DNA from: Clostridia bacterium | Lineage (GTDB): Bacteria > Bacillota > Clostridia > Oscillospirales > CAG-272 | DNA length: 64,000 bases | Direction: 5' to 3' | Assembly: GCA_017504625.1 (NCBI GenBank) | Contig: JAFVQU010000012.1 | Coordinates: forward strand, 13,112 to 77,111 | Shown here: positions 8,379 to 18,627 of the stretch, in pieces | Layout: every line of letters starts with the position of its first letter | How positions within the stretch are numbered: position 1 is the first letter of the stretch | Translations under genes and position numbers: made by a program | The notes under the pieces: generated by a model | The model's input: only the letters and a program-made list of their open reading frames with translations | Told to the model about the DNA's origin: nothing | Database searches by the model: none

Positions 8379-11357
8379 ATGAAAAAGCTTTCGGCGAGAT
8401 TCTGGTTTACACTTGCGCTGTTTGGGCTTATGGGACAGATCGCATGGGTGGTTGAGAATATGTATCTCAACGTATTTATGTACAAAATGTTTAACGCGTC
8501 TGCGGGGGACATTTCGGCTATGGTAGCGGCAAGCGCTATTGCCGCCACGCTCACGACCGTGCTTATCGGCGCACTGTCCGACCGTATAGGCAGACGCAAG
8601 GTATTCATGTGCGGAGGCTATATCCTCTGGGGTATCTCTATCTTCGCCTTTTCTCTTATAAAAATTGACACGGTGAGCGCGCTGTTCCCCATAGCGACAA
8701 GCGCGGCGGCAGTATGCGTAACGCTTACGATAATTCTTGACTGTGTGATGACCTTCTTCGGCTCGTCGGCAAACGACGCGGCGTACAACGCGTGGCTGAC
8801 CGACAGCACCGACGAATCCAACCGCGGAAGTGCCGAGGGCATCAACGCGATGATGCCTCTCGTGGCTATCCTCGCCGTTTTCGGCGGATTTATGGCGTTT
8901 GACCTTGACAAGAGCGAGAGCTGGACGCTGATCTTCGCAATTATAGGCGCGGCAACACTGCTTATCGGTATACTCGGCATCTTTCTTATCAAGGAAGCGC
9001 CGACCGAGAAATCCGAAAGCGGATATTTCGGCAACATAATCTACGGCTTCCGTCCGTCGACGGTAAAGGAGCACAAAAGCCTTTATTTCTACCTTCTGGC
9101 GTTCATAATCTTTAATATCTCAATCCAGATATTCATGCCCTACCTCATCATTTACTACGAGGTTTCTCTCGGCATGACCGACTACGTCTTCGTAATGGCT
9201 CCCGCGATAATTTTAGCGTCGGTTGTCACGGCATTCTGGGGCAAGGTGTATGACAAGAGGGGATTTTCGTTCTCATCGTGGCTCTCACTTTTATGGCTTG
9301 CTTTAGGATACGTCGTACTGTTCTTCTTCCGCGCAAAGCTTCCCGTTTTCATAGGCTCTCTGCTTATGATGTGCGGATATCTTGCAGGCATGGCGGTATT
9401 CGGCGCAAAGATCCGTGATCTTACGCCCGAGGGCAAGGCGGGACGACTTCAGGGGGTGCGTATCTTCTCGCAGGTGCTTATTCCCGGAGTGGTCGGCCCC
9501 TTCATTGGAAAAACGGTGCTTGCAAACGCTAAAACCATGCTCAACAACGACGGTACCGAGTCCTTTATTCCCAACGCGAATATTTTTCTTGCGGCACTCG
9601 TACCGATAATCGTGCTGGCAATTATCCTCTTTATCTCGGCAAAAACTAAAAAACCTACGCTTAAAACCGACTTAAAAACCCCTTTTGAAGAAAAGTCCGA
9701 CAGCGACTGGGCCGAATACCCCCGTCCGCAAATGAAGCGCGACAGCTATATCTCGCTCGTCGGCAAATGGGACTTGTCGGTAATAAAAGGCGACAAAACA
9801 GAGCCGCTCGGCGAGATAATAGTTCCCTATCCGCCCGAATCTCGTCTTTCGGGAATTGAACGCGAAAAATGCGGATGTGAAAAGTATTTGTACGAAAAGA
9901 AATTCACTCTGCCAGAGGAAATGCGCGGCAAAAAGGTACTTATCCACTTCGGCGCGGTCGATCAGATCGCAAATATTTCACTTAACGGCACGCCTGTCGG
10001 ATCTCACGAGGGCGGATATCTTCCCTTTGAAATTGACGTGACCGACTATCTCTGCGAGGGCGAAAATATCATTACAGTCGAGGTCACCGACAGACTCGAT
10101 CACGATTATAGCTGGGGCAAGCAAAGACGCGACCGCGGCGGAATGTGGTACACGCCGATAAGCGGCATCTGGCAGGCGGTCTGGCTTGAGGCGGTACCCG
10201 AAAATCATATTAGAAACATAAAAATAACCCCCTCTCTCACAAGTGTAATCATTGAGGTCGAGGGCGGATGTGAGCAAAAAGTCCTCACTCTCAAGGATAG
10301 CGGAAAATCCTACGAATTTGACGGCAACAAGCTTGAAATTGAGATTGAAAATCCGATCCTCTGGTCGCCCGAAAATCCCTATCTTTATAAGTTCAATCTC
10401 GAATCGGGCGATGACAAAGTCGAATCATACTTTGCTCTCCGTACGGTAACGGTTGAGAAGCAAAACGACAAATCCTTTATCTGCCTTAACGGCAAGCCAT
10501 ATTTTCTGCACGGATTGCTCGACCAAGGATATTTCAGCGACGGAATCTACACTCCCGCATCGCCCGAGGGCTATCTTTTCGACATTCTCGAGACGAAAAA
10601 GCTCGGCTTTAACACCCTGCGCAAGCACATCAAGATCGAGCCCGAGTTGTTTTACTACTATTGCGACAAATACGGTATGATCGTGATGCAGGACATGGTC
10701 AACAGCGGTGATTACAGCTTCCTTGTCGACACCGCTTTGCCGACGGCGGGCATCAAGCGCGGCATTTCGCACAAGGCGACAGAACGCCGCCGTAAAATAT
10801 TTGAACGCGAAAGCGAGGCAACGCTTTCCCTGCTCTATAATCACCCCTCGGTTTGTTACTACACTATCTTCAACGAGGGCTGGGGACAGTTTGACGCAGA
10901 CAAAAATTACACTCGTCTGAAAGCGCTTGATCCGACGCGAATTTTTGACGCGACGAGCGGCTGGTTCCACGAAAATCTCAGCGACGTGCAAAGCGAGCAT
11001 ATATATTTCAAAAAGCTCAACTTAAAGTCCACACTCGAAAAGCCACTCGTTCTTTCCGAGTTTGGAGGTTATTCATACAAGGTCGACAATCACTCGTTTA
11101 ACCTCGACAAGACCTACGGCTACCGATTCTTTACCGACCGAGAGAAGTTTGGCGACGCGCTTGAAGCACTCTATCTTGACGAGGTGATCCCGATGATAGA
11201 GCGCGGCCTTTGCGCGACAGTTTACACGCAGGTCAGCGACGTCGAGGACGAAACAAACGGTCTTTACACCTACGACCGCCAGGTTCTGAAGGTTGACGAG
11301 GGTAAGATGCAAAATATTGCAAAAAAGCTGACCGAAGCATTCTATCAGCAGTTTTAA
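8379..11357 (+). CDS. Fusion of an MFS (GPH/MelB-like) sugar permease and a GH2 glycoside hydrolase
   Basis: About 420 aa with about 12 hydrophobic segments and motif A GALSDRIGRRK, then YPRPQ, FGAVD, HEGGYLPF, SGIWQAVWL, GFNTLRKH, FNEGWG and SEFGG. Confidence 0.9.
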   Translation: MKKLSARFWFTLALFGLMGQIAWVVENMYLNVFMYKMFNASAGDISAMVAASAIAATLTTVLIGALSDRIGRRKVFMCGGYILWGISIFAFSLIKIDTVSALFPIATSAAAVCVTLTIILDCVMTFFGSSANDAAYNAWLTDSTDESNRGSAEGINAMMPLVAILAVFGGFMAFDLDKSESWTLIFAIIGAATLLIGILGIFLIKEAPTEKSESGYFGNIIYGFRPSTVKEHKSLYFYLLAFIIFNISIQIFMPYLIIYYEVSLGMTDYVFVMAPAIILASVVTAFWGKVYDKRGFSFSSWLSLLWLALGYVVLFFFRAKLPVFIGSLLMMCGYLAGMAVFGAKIRDLTPEGKAGRLQGVRIFSQVLIPGVVGPFIGKTVLANAKTMLNNDGTESFIPNANIFLAALVPIIVLAIILFISAKTKKPTLKTDLKTPFEEKSDSDWAEYPRPQMKRDSYISLVGKWDLSVIKGDKTEPLGEIIVPYPPESRLSGIEREKCGCEKYLYEKKFTLPEEMRGKKVLIHFGAVDQIANISLNGTPVGSHEGGYLPFEIDVTDYLCEGENIITVEVTDRLDHDYSWGKQRRDRGGMWYTPISGIWQAVWLEAVPENHIRNIKITPSLTSVIIEVEGGCEQKVLTLKDSGKSYEFDGNKLEIEIENPILWSPENPYLYKFNLESGDDKVESYFALRTVTVEKQNDKSFICLNGKPYFLHGLLDQGYFSDGIYTPASPEGYLFDILETKKLGFNTLRKHIKIEPELFYYYCDKYGMIVMQDMVNSGDYSFLVDTALPTAGIKRGISHKATERRRKIFERESEATLSLLYNHPSVCYYTIFNEGWGQFDADKNYTRLKALDPTRIFDATSGWFHENLSDVQSEHIYFKKLNLKSTLEKPLVLSEFGGYSYKVDNHSFNLDKTYGYRFFTDREKFGDALEALYLDEVIPMIERGLCATVYTQVSDVEDETNGLYTYDRQVLKVDEGKMQNIAKKLTEAFYQQF

Positions 11358-11373
11358 ACATAAATAACACACG

Positions 11374-11400
11374 CCGCCCGAAATTTCGGGCGGCTCTTTT
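11374..11400 (+). terminator. Intrinsic terminator
   Basis: gccgcccgaaatttcgggcggc followed by a T tract. Confidence 0.75.
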
Positions 11401-11552
11401 CTTCATTTTTGATCAAAAATCAAGAATTTTGACGAAACACAACTATTAACAACCGATATTTGATTGACAAACACATGAAAATATGTTAAAATGAAATTTG
11501 TATTATTATTTTTATTGATTATAGATTATCTATAACAAAGGAGGCGAAAAAA

Positions 11553-13355
11553 TTGATATTCGGTAAGCATATAAACCGCTACTATCTGCGCTATGCGCCA
11601 ATGCTGATCCTCGGCGCTTTAGCACTGTTTCTCGTTGACTATATGCAGCTCATTATCCCCGAGCTTTACAGTGCGGTCATCGAGGGACTTGAAACAGGGT
11701 TTGTAACCGACGGATCAAATAGCATTCGCTTTGACATAAGCTATGTTCTTGACGAAATCTGCAGGCCAATGCTCTTTGTTATTCTCTCGCTCGTATTCGG
11801 ACGCTTTTTGTGGCGCGTCTGCTTCTTCGGCGCAGGAATAAAGCTTGAAACCGATCTCCGCGGCAAAATGTTTGATCGCTGCAAGGATCTCTCTCAGCAA
11901 TACTATCAGGTAAACAAGGTCGGAAACATGATGTCCTTCTTTACCAACGACTTAGCCACAGTTCAGGAGTGCTTTGGCTGGGGTATTATGATGTTCTTCG
12001 ACGCAGTCGTGCTCGGCGCGCTCGCGATCATAAAAATGATCCGCATGAATTACGTATTGGCGCTTCTCTGCATGATACCCATGTCGCTTCTTCTCATATG
12101 CTCTCTTATCGTCGGCAAATACATGTCGAAGAAGTGGGAAAAGCGTCAGGAGGCGTTCTCTATGCTCTCCGACTTCTCGCAGGAGAGCTTTGCGGGAATC
12201 GCGGTAATAAAGGCGTTCGTCAAGGAAGCTCACGAGCTTATTGAATTTAAAAAGCTCACGAAAAACAACGAGGACAGAAACGTAGAATATACCAAGCTCT
12301 CTACTCTTCTCCACGTTGCGCTCACACTTCTTATCGAGTCTGTCGTCTGCGTAATCCTCGGCTACGGCGGATATCTCGTACACGTTGAGACCTTCAAGGC
12401 GGCGCAGCTCGTTGAATTCATCGGCTATTTTACAGCAGTCATCTGGCCTATTATGGCGGTGTCCGAGCTTATCGGTATGCACGCGCAGGGTAAGGCATCG
12501 CTCAACCGTATCGGTGAGCTTCTCGACTCCAAGCCCGACGTTTTCGACCGCGAGGGCGTCAGCGACGTTGCCGCAATACGCGGTGATATAGAATTCCGTG
12601 ACCTCACATTCCGCTACCCCGACGGCGAATTTGACGTTCTTCAGAACGTATCCTTCAAGATCAACGCAGGCGAGCGCGTGGGAATCATCGGACGCACGGG
12701 ATCGGGTAAAACGACTCTCGTCGACCTTATTCTCCGAACCTATAACGTTCCCGAAAACACGGTATTTATCGATGGCATCGACGTAAACAAGATTCCTATA
12801 AAGACCGTGCGCGCAAACGCCGCATACGTTCCGCAGGACAACTTCCTTTTCAGCGACACCATTGAAAACAATATAAGCTTCGCAACCGACGGCGGTACGC
12901 ACGACGACGTTGAATACGCCGCTAAAATGGCAGACGTTCACGACAACATATCGGAATTCACTCTCCAATATCAGAGTATACTCGGCGAGAGAGGTGTTAC
13001 CGTTTCGGGCGGTCAGAAGCAGCGAATCTCAATAGCCCGCGCGCTTATGAAAAACGCGCCTATTCTCATTCTTGACGATTCGGTTTCCGCCGTAGACGTA
13101 AAGACCGAAAAGGCGATACTTGAAAATCTCCGCTCTATGCGAGCAAACCTGACGACGCTTCTTATCGCGCACAGAGTAAGCACCATTGAGCAGATGGACA
13201 AGATCATCTTCATTGACGAGGGCAAGATCGTTGCGGTCGGCAAGTATAGCGAGCTTTACGAAAGCTGCGCAGACTTTAAGAATCTCGTTGATCTTCAGAA
13301 GCTTGACGAGGAGCGATCCGCAAATACCTCAGAGGAGGTGAGCGCAAATGCTTGA
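11553..13355 (+). CDS. Heterodimeric ABC exporter subunit A (membrane domain plus ATPase, degenerate Walker B)
   Basis: TTG start after aggagg; GRTGSGKT, VSGGQKQR, ILDD. Confidence 0.92.
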   Translation: MIFGKHINRYYLRYAPMLILGALALFLVDYMQLIIPELYSAVIEGLETGFVTDGSNSIRFDISYVLDEICRPMLFVILSLVFGRFLWRVCFFGAGIKLETDLRGKMFDRCKDLSQQYYQVNKVGNMMSFFTNDLATVQECFGWGIMMFFDAVVLGALAIIKMIRMNYVLALLCMIPMSLLLICSLIVGKYMSKKWEKRQEAFSMLSDFSQESFAGIAVIKAFVKEAHELIEFKKLTKNNEDRNVEYTKLSTLLHVALTLLIESVVCVILGYGGYLVHVETFKAAQLVEFIGYFTAVIWPIMAVSELIGMHAQGKASLNRIGELLDSKPDVFDREGVSDVAAIRGDIEFRDLTFRYPDGEFDVLQNVSFKINAGERVGIIGRTGSGKTTLVDLILRTYNVPENTVFIDGIDVNKIPIKTVRANAAYVPQDNFLFSDTIENNISFATDGGTHDDVEYAAKMADVHDNISEFTLQYQSILGERGVTVSGGQKQRISIARALMKNAPILILDDSVSAVDVKTEKAILENLRSMRANLTTLLIAHRVSTIEQMDKIIFIDEGKIVAVGKYSELYESCADFKNLVDLQKLDEERSANTSEEVSANA

Positions 13356-15264
13356 TACCATCATGGCGTTTTGGAATAACTACTACCCGATCATAACGGT
13401 CGGCGCAATAATCAGCACCTTTGCCATCATCTTCATTATTGCCTTCGCTACGATGAAGGACAAAAAAGAGGCTATCGGCTTTGACCGAAACATGAAGGAC
13501 TCCGAGATAGTCAGAAGACTTCTCCGCTACGCAAAGCCCTATATTCCCCAGTTCCTTATCGTTCTCGTGCTTATGATATTCTCAATAGCGCACGAGATAA
13601 TCTCGCCTATCATTATGGGTAACCTTATTGATATGGTCGGACGCGAGGGAGGCTTTGAGCTCAGCGAGCTTTACGTCAGCATCATTATTTACGCATCTAT
13701 CCTTGTAGTTTCACTTATCAGCACCTATTTCCAGGCGATCATACTTCAAAAAACGGGACAGAGAATGGTCGCGCGCATAAGAGAGGACCTCTTTGAGCAT
13801 ATAGAGAGCCTGTCGCACGATCAGCTCAACAAAATACCCGTAGGAACTCTCGTAACCAGAGTTACCAACGATACCGACGCTATCTCGACGACCTTTACGG
13901 GCGTGCTTGTAAACCTCGTCAAGAATATGTTTATCATCGTCGGCGTTCTCGGAGCTATGCTTACGCTCAACTATATGCTCACGCTTATAGTTCTCTGCTT
14001 CGTTCCCTTCGTTATTCTCTTCACCGTCATCTTCCGTAAGTTCTCGCGCCGCGCGCACAGAAAGGTCAAGGACGGCACGACAGATATCAATATCTTCCTC
14101 TCAGAGAACCTCTCGGGAATGAAGATAATACAGATATTCAACCGCGAAGCAAGAAAGAAGGGCGAATTTGACGAAAAGAATGTCCGTCTTGGAAAGGCTA
14201 AGATGGGTCAGATGTTCGTATTCGGTATATTCAGACCGATGGTTTATATGCTCTATATCTCCTCGGTGCTCTGCCTCTTCTACTTCGGTGCGAAGGGCGC
14301 GCTCAACAACGTCGCCGTATTCGGTCAGATCATCGGAGTAAACGTCATAGTTTCCTTCTATCAGTATATCAACAAGTTCTTCAACCCGATACAAAACCTT
14401 GCCGAGCAGTTCAATCGTCTGCAGGCTTGCTTTGCCTCGGCTGAAAAGATCTACAAGATATTCGACATTATGCCCGAGGTAGTGGACGAGCCCGACGCTA
14501 TCGAAATTGATCACATCAAAGGTAATATCGAATTCAAAAACGTATGGTTCTCCTATATCAAGGACGAGTGGGTGCTCAAGGACGTTTCTTTTAAGGTAAA
14601 CGCGGGTGACACAGTTGCTTTCGTCGGCTCAACCGGCTCGGGTAAGACTACAATACTCTCGCTCATCTGCCGAAACTACGATATACAAAAGGGTGAGATC
14701 CTGATCGACGGTATCAATATCAAGAAGATCAAGATAAGCTCGCTCCGCCGTCACTTCGGTCAGATGCTTCAGGACGTATTCCTCTTCTCGGGAACTATCC
14801 GCTCGAATATCATTCTCGGTCTTGACGGAGTATCCGACGACGAGATCAACGACGCCTGCAAATACGTCAACGCCGACAAGTTCATCTCGCGCCTTAGCGA
14901 CGGACTTGACGAGCCCGTGCGCGAGAGAGGTAACAACTTCTCTGCAGGTCAGCGTCAGCTTATCAGCTTTGCCCGTACCATCATTCACAAGCCCGCCGTT
15001 ATGATACTTGACGAGGCAACGGCAAACATCGACACCGAAACCGAGATTCTCATTCAGGATTCTCTTGAAAAAATGATGAATATCGGCACGATGCTTATGG
15101 TCGCGCATAGATTATCAACAATACAGCATGCCGATAATATTATCGTACTCTCTCACGGCAAGATACTTGAGCAGGGTACACACAACGAGCTTCTTTTGAA
15201 GCGAGGCAACTATTACCGCCTCTACACGCTCCAGTTCAACAAGGAGCAGCTTACCAAAAAATAA
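13348..15264 (+). CDS. Heterodimeric ABC exporter subunit B
   Basis: Overlaps subunit A by 8 nt; GSTGSGKT, FSAGQRQL, ILDEATA. Confidence 0.92.
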   Translation: MLDTIMAFWNNYYPIITVGAIISTFAIIFIIAFATMKDKKEAIGFDRNMKDSEIVRRLLRYAKPYIPQFLIVLVLMIFSIAHEIISPIIMGNLIDMVGREGGFELSELYVSIIIYASILVVSLISTYFQAIILQKTGQRMVARIREDLFEHIESLSHDQLNKIPVGTLVTRVTNDTDAISTTFTGVLVNLVKNMFIIVGVLGAMLTLNYMLTLIVLCFVPFVILFTVIFRKFSRRAHRKVKDGTTDINIFLSENLSGMKIIQIFNREARKKGEFDEKNVRLGKAKMGQMFVFGIFRPMVYMLYISSVLCLFYFGAKGALNNVAVFGQIIGVNVIVSFYQYINKFFNPIQNLAEQFNRLQACFASAEKIYKIFDIMPEVVDEPDAIEIDHIKGNIEFKNVWFSYIKDEWVLKDVSFKVNAGDTVAFVGSTGSGKTTILSLICRNYDIQKGEILIDGINIKKIKISSLRRHFGQMLQDVFLFSGTIRSNIILGLDGVSDDEINDACKYVNADKFISRLSDGLDEPVRERGNNFSAGQRQLISFARTIIHKPAVMILDEATANIDTETEILIQDSLEKMMNIGTMLMVAHRLSTIQHADNIIVLSHGKILEQGTHNELLLKRGNYYRLYTLQFNKEQLTKK

Positions 15265-15282
15265 TTTTGAATCGGAGATTTT

Positions 15283-16701
15283 ATGCCTTCAATAAATAAG
15301 AAAAGCAATAATCTGCCGCTCTCTTTCGGTGACAAGGGCTTTTGGCGCGTTGCCCTGACCCTTGCCATACCGATAGCTCTCCAGAATATGCTAACCGCAT
15401 CCTTCAGCCTTATCGACACACTCATGGTCGGTCAGCTTGGCCCTATTGCCCTTTCCGCCACGGGAATGGCAGGACAGTGGAGCTGGCTGCTCAATATGGT
15501 GATATTCGGTATCGCGTCGGGAGCCGCGGTATTCATATCTCAATATTGGGGCAACAAGGACATTGACGGAATTCACCGCTCGCTCGGTATTGCAACTGTG
15601 TCAGCGCTTTTACTCTCGGTAGTATTTACAGTTATCGCGGCAATTACCCCCGAGGGCGTTATCACGATCTTCAATAAAGACCCCGCAGTCATTGAGTCGG
15701 GCGCAAATTATCTGCGCTATGCCTGCTACTCCTACCCCGCAATAGCGTTGACGTCGCTTTTAGGCTCGACCTTGCGCTCGACCGAAAAGGTACGCCTTCC
15801 TATGATCGTATCGGGACTTTCAGCGATCACAAACGGAGTGCTTAACTACCTCCTTATCTTCCCCGCAGGACTCGGCGTCAAGGGCGCGGCTATCGCAACG
15901 GTAATATCGTCTTGGCTCGGCTTGGCACTTCTTCTCATAATCTCGCTTATACAGAAAAATATTATAATCGCGCCGCCAAGCAAGCTCTTTTGCTTTACGA
16001 GGGCATCGCTTTCCGAATTCTTCAAAAAGACCTCGCCAGTAATCCTCAACGAAACGATGTGGGGACTTGGCACGGTGGTATATAACGTCATATTCTCAAA
16101 TATGGGCTACGAGGAATTTGCGGCAATAACTATTGTCCGCACCTTTGAAAACCTGCTCTTCTGTTTCTTTATCGGTATATGTAACGCATGCTGCGTTATG
16201 GTTGGTAAGGAGATAGGCTCAGGCGAGATACGCGAGGCGGTACGCGACACCAAAAGGTTTAACATTATTATGCCGATACTTTCGGTAGTGTCGGGCATTA
16301 TCGCGATAGCACTTCGCTCTCCCCTCGTTTCGCTTTTCAATATCGGTGACCAATACTCCGCGCACACTCTCGGTATCGCCGAGGCGATACTCATCATTTA
16401 CGGTGTGTGGATAGCCATAAGAAATGTTCCCTTCATTCTCATCGTGGGAATATTCCGTCCGGGCGGAGACACCACAACGGGAATGAAGTGGGAGATATTT
16501 ATCCTCTGGCTATTTGCCATTCCCGTGACCGCTATCATGGCTTACGTGGTAAAGATCCCCTTCCTCGCCGTCTACGCGACGATGTATCTGTGCGAGGATA
16601 TCCCGAAGTCGATAATATTTATGATCCATTACTTCAGCGGCAAGTGGATCCGCCCCGTTACCGACGAGGGCAAAGCCGCGCTTGCGGAATACAATAAATA
16701 A
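15283..16701 (+). CDS. MATE family efflux transporter
   Basis: LAIPIALQN, DTLMVGQLG and LGVKGAAIAT motifs; about 12 TM segments. Confidence 0.92.
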   Translation: MPSINKKSNNLPLSFGDKGFWRVALTLAIPIALQNMLTASFSLIDTLMVGQLGPIALSATGMAGQWSWLLNMVIFGIASGAAVFISQYWGNKDIDGIHRSLGIATVSALLLSVVFTVIAAITPEGVITIFNKDPAVIESGANYLRYACYSYPAIALTSLLGSTLRSTEKVRLPMIVSGLSAITNGVLNYLLIFPAGLGVKGAAIATVISSWLGLALLLIISLIQKNIIIAPPSKLFCFTRASLSEFFKKTSPVILNETMWGLGTVVYNVIFSNMGYEEFAAITIVRTFENLLFCFFIGICNACCVMVGKEIGSGEIREAVRDTKRFNIIMPILSVVSGIIAIALRSPLVSLFNIGDQYSAHTLGIAEAILIIYGVWIAIRNVPFILIVGIFRPGGDTTTGMKWEIFILWLFAIPVTAIMAYVVKIPFLAVYATMYLCEDIPKSIIFMIHYFSGKWIRPVTDEGKAALAEYNK

Positions 16702-16710
16702 AATCAAAGG

Positions 16711-16738
16711 AAAAAAGACGGCATAAGCCGTCTTTTTT
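16711..16738. terminator. Bidirectional terminator
   Basis: aaaaaagacggc-ataa-gccgtctttttt. Confidence 0.8.
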
Positions 16739-17501
16739 ATATTCTCTCGCCATTTTTGCGGATTTCAATCGGTGTTTTACCGGTCACTCGGCGCAGCTGC
16801 TTGCGAAAATATGCTGTATTGCAAAATCCTACGCGGGAGCATATCTCCTCAATTGAGAGATCTGTTGTTGTAAGTAACTCGATCGCCCTTCCGATGAGCA
16901 TCTTATTTTTAAGCTCGATCGGCGTGGTATTTCCGTAGTGCTTGAAAAAAGCGTAAATTCCCGACTCACTCATATTGCAATAGGTCGCAAGCTCTTTTAC
17001 CTGAAAATTCGGGTGCGCAGAGATATAGCTTACTGCCATCTCCCACGTTGCCGCTTTGGGATCTGTGCGGTCTTGGCGCATTTTTTCAAGCGATTTGCCA
17101 AGGAAAAGATACAAAAGTCCGACCGATGAGGGCGAAACCTTAATGTTTTTTGAAAGCTCGTCAAGTATCGCGCTATCCTCGGAAGTCGCGTCGATCTTCT
17201 GCATTGAATAGCGCATCTCACGTGACGTGGGCAGCATTTTAAAGCCATAGGATTCCCAGACGATCTCTCCACCGTCCTCACATGTCCAATACGATTGGTA
17301 TCGAAGCCCCTTCGGCAAATAAAAAACGTCACCTTCGCAAAGCTCCATTTCCTCACCCGACACAACCACTATGCGCGCGTGTCCCGATACCATTCGCGCG
17401 ACATAATGATAGGGTATTCCGCAGGTGTTGTCTGTGTAATTATAACAGGTGCGGCGGTGGATATTGAATTGAAAGGATTTGTAGAAAGATATATGCTCCA
17501 T
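16737..17501 (-). CDS. AraC family transcriptional regulator
   Basis: N-terminal cupin; C-terminal LSIEEICSRVGF..YF..TGKTP; divergent from the oxidoreductase operon. Confidence 0.9.
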   Translation of the reverse strand: MEHISFYKSFQFNIHRRTCYNYTDNTCGIPYHYVARMVSGHARIVVVSGEEMELCEGDVFYLPKGLRYQSYWTCEDGGEIVWESYGFKMLPTSREMRYSMQKIDATSEDSAILDELSKNIKVSPSSVGLLYLFLGKSLEKMRQDRTDPKAATWEMAVSYISAHPNFQVKELATYCNMSESGIYAFFKHYGNTTPIELKNKMLIGRAIELLTTTDLSIEEICSRVGFCNTAYFRKQLRRVTGKTPIEIRKNGERI

Positions 17502-17606
17502 ACTTGTTTTCTCCGTTATTTTTAGAGAATAGTGTTCTTTTTTTACAGTATAGCATATTGCAAGGACTCTGTCAACATGATAAAATGAAGAAAAAGGTGA
17601 AAGGCG

Positions 17607-18626
17607 GTGTCTTTTATGACTCTGAATAAAGGAATTTACTTCACTGCTCCCGGCATTGCGGAGCTTCGCGACAAGGGGATGCCCGACATCAGCGATAAGC
17701 CAAATTTTATTATAGTTAAAACCGCAGTTTCAAGCATCAGTGCGGGCACAGAGCGCGCAAATCTGCTCGGCGATCCATCAAATTCGGCGGGAACCATGCG
17801 TTTTCCCTGCCAGCTTGGATATAGCTTGAGCGGTACTGTCGTAAAGGTCGGTGACGCGGTAACGAAAGTCAAGGTCGGCGATCGTGTGGCGTGCCGCTGG
17901 ACAACCCACTCGCTCTATAACGCGATAGATCAGAATCTCGCCGAAATAATCCCCGACAACGTTTCCTTCGAGGACGCGGCGCTTGCAAATATTGCAACCT
18001 TTCCTATGGCGGCGATCAGAAAATGCCGTCTTGAGCTTGCCGAATCGGCAATCGTCATGGGACTTGGCGTGCTCGGAATCTTTGCGATTGAGGAATTAAA
18101 GCTTGCGGGCGCGACACCTATCGTCGCAGTCGATCCTATCCCCGCCAAAAGAGAGCTTGCACTCAAGCTCGGCGCGGACTACGCGTTTGATCCCTTTGAA
18201 GAGGATTTTGCAAAAAAGGTCAAGTATGTCACGGGCGGCGGAGCTAATGTCGCAATCGAGGTCACGGGCAAGGGTCAGGGACTTGACATGGTGCTTGACT
18301 GCATGGCAAAATTCGGTCGTGTTGCCCTGCTTGGTTGCACGCGCAACTCCGACTTTACGATCGACTACTACCGTAAGGTACACAACCCCGGCATAACTCT
18401 TATCGGCGCGCACACAAGCGCACGCCCGAATATAGAATCCCACGAGGGCTGGTGGACTCAAAGTGACGACATGAAGGCAACTCTTCGACTCATCTCTTTC
18501 GGCAGATTTGACGTCAATAAGCTTATTGACGAAACATATACTCCCGATAAATCCCCCGAGGTCTACGCACGTCTTGCAAGTGAGCCCTCCTTCCCGATAG
18601 TTCAGTTCGATTGGAGAGAGCTTTGA
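17607..18626 (+). CDS. MDR-family (zinc-binding-type) dehydrogenase, YcjQ-like
   Basis: SAGTE, LGYS in place of GHE, GLGVLG; start is the GTG at 17607 or the ATG at 17616. Confidence 0.85.
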   Translation: MSFMTLNKGIYFTAPGIAELRDKGMPDISDKPNFIIVKTAVSSISAGTERANLLGDPSNSAGTMRFPCQLGYSLSGTVVKVGDAVTKVKVGDRVACRWTTHSLYNAIDQNLAEIIPDNVSFEDAALANIATFPMAAIRKCRLELAESAIVMGLGVLGIFAIEELKLAGATPIVAVDPIPAKRELALKLGADYAFDPFEEDFAKKVKYVTGGGANVAIEVTGKGQGLDMVLDCMAKFGRVALLGCTRNSDFTIDYYRKVHNPGITLIGAHTSARPNIESHEGWWTQSDDMKATLRLISFGRFDVNKLIDETYTPDKSPEVYARLASEPSFPIVQFDWREL

Positions 18627-18627
18627 T

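Noticed and set aside
11553-15264. Degenerate Walker B in the first ABC subunit
   Set aside because: Normal for heterodimeric ABC exporters; not a pseudogene.
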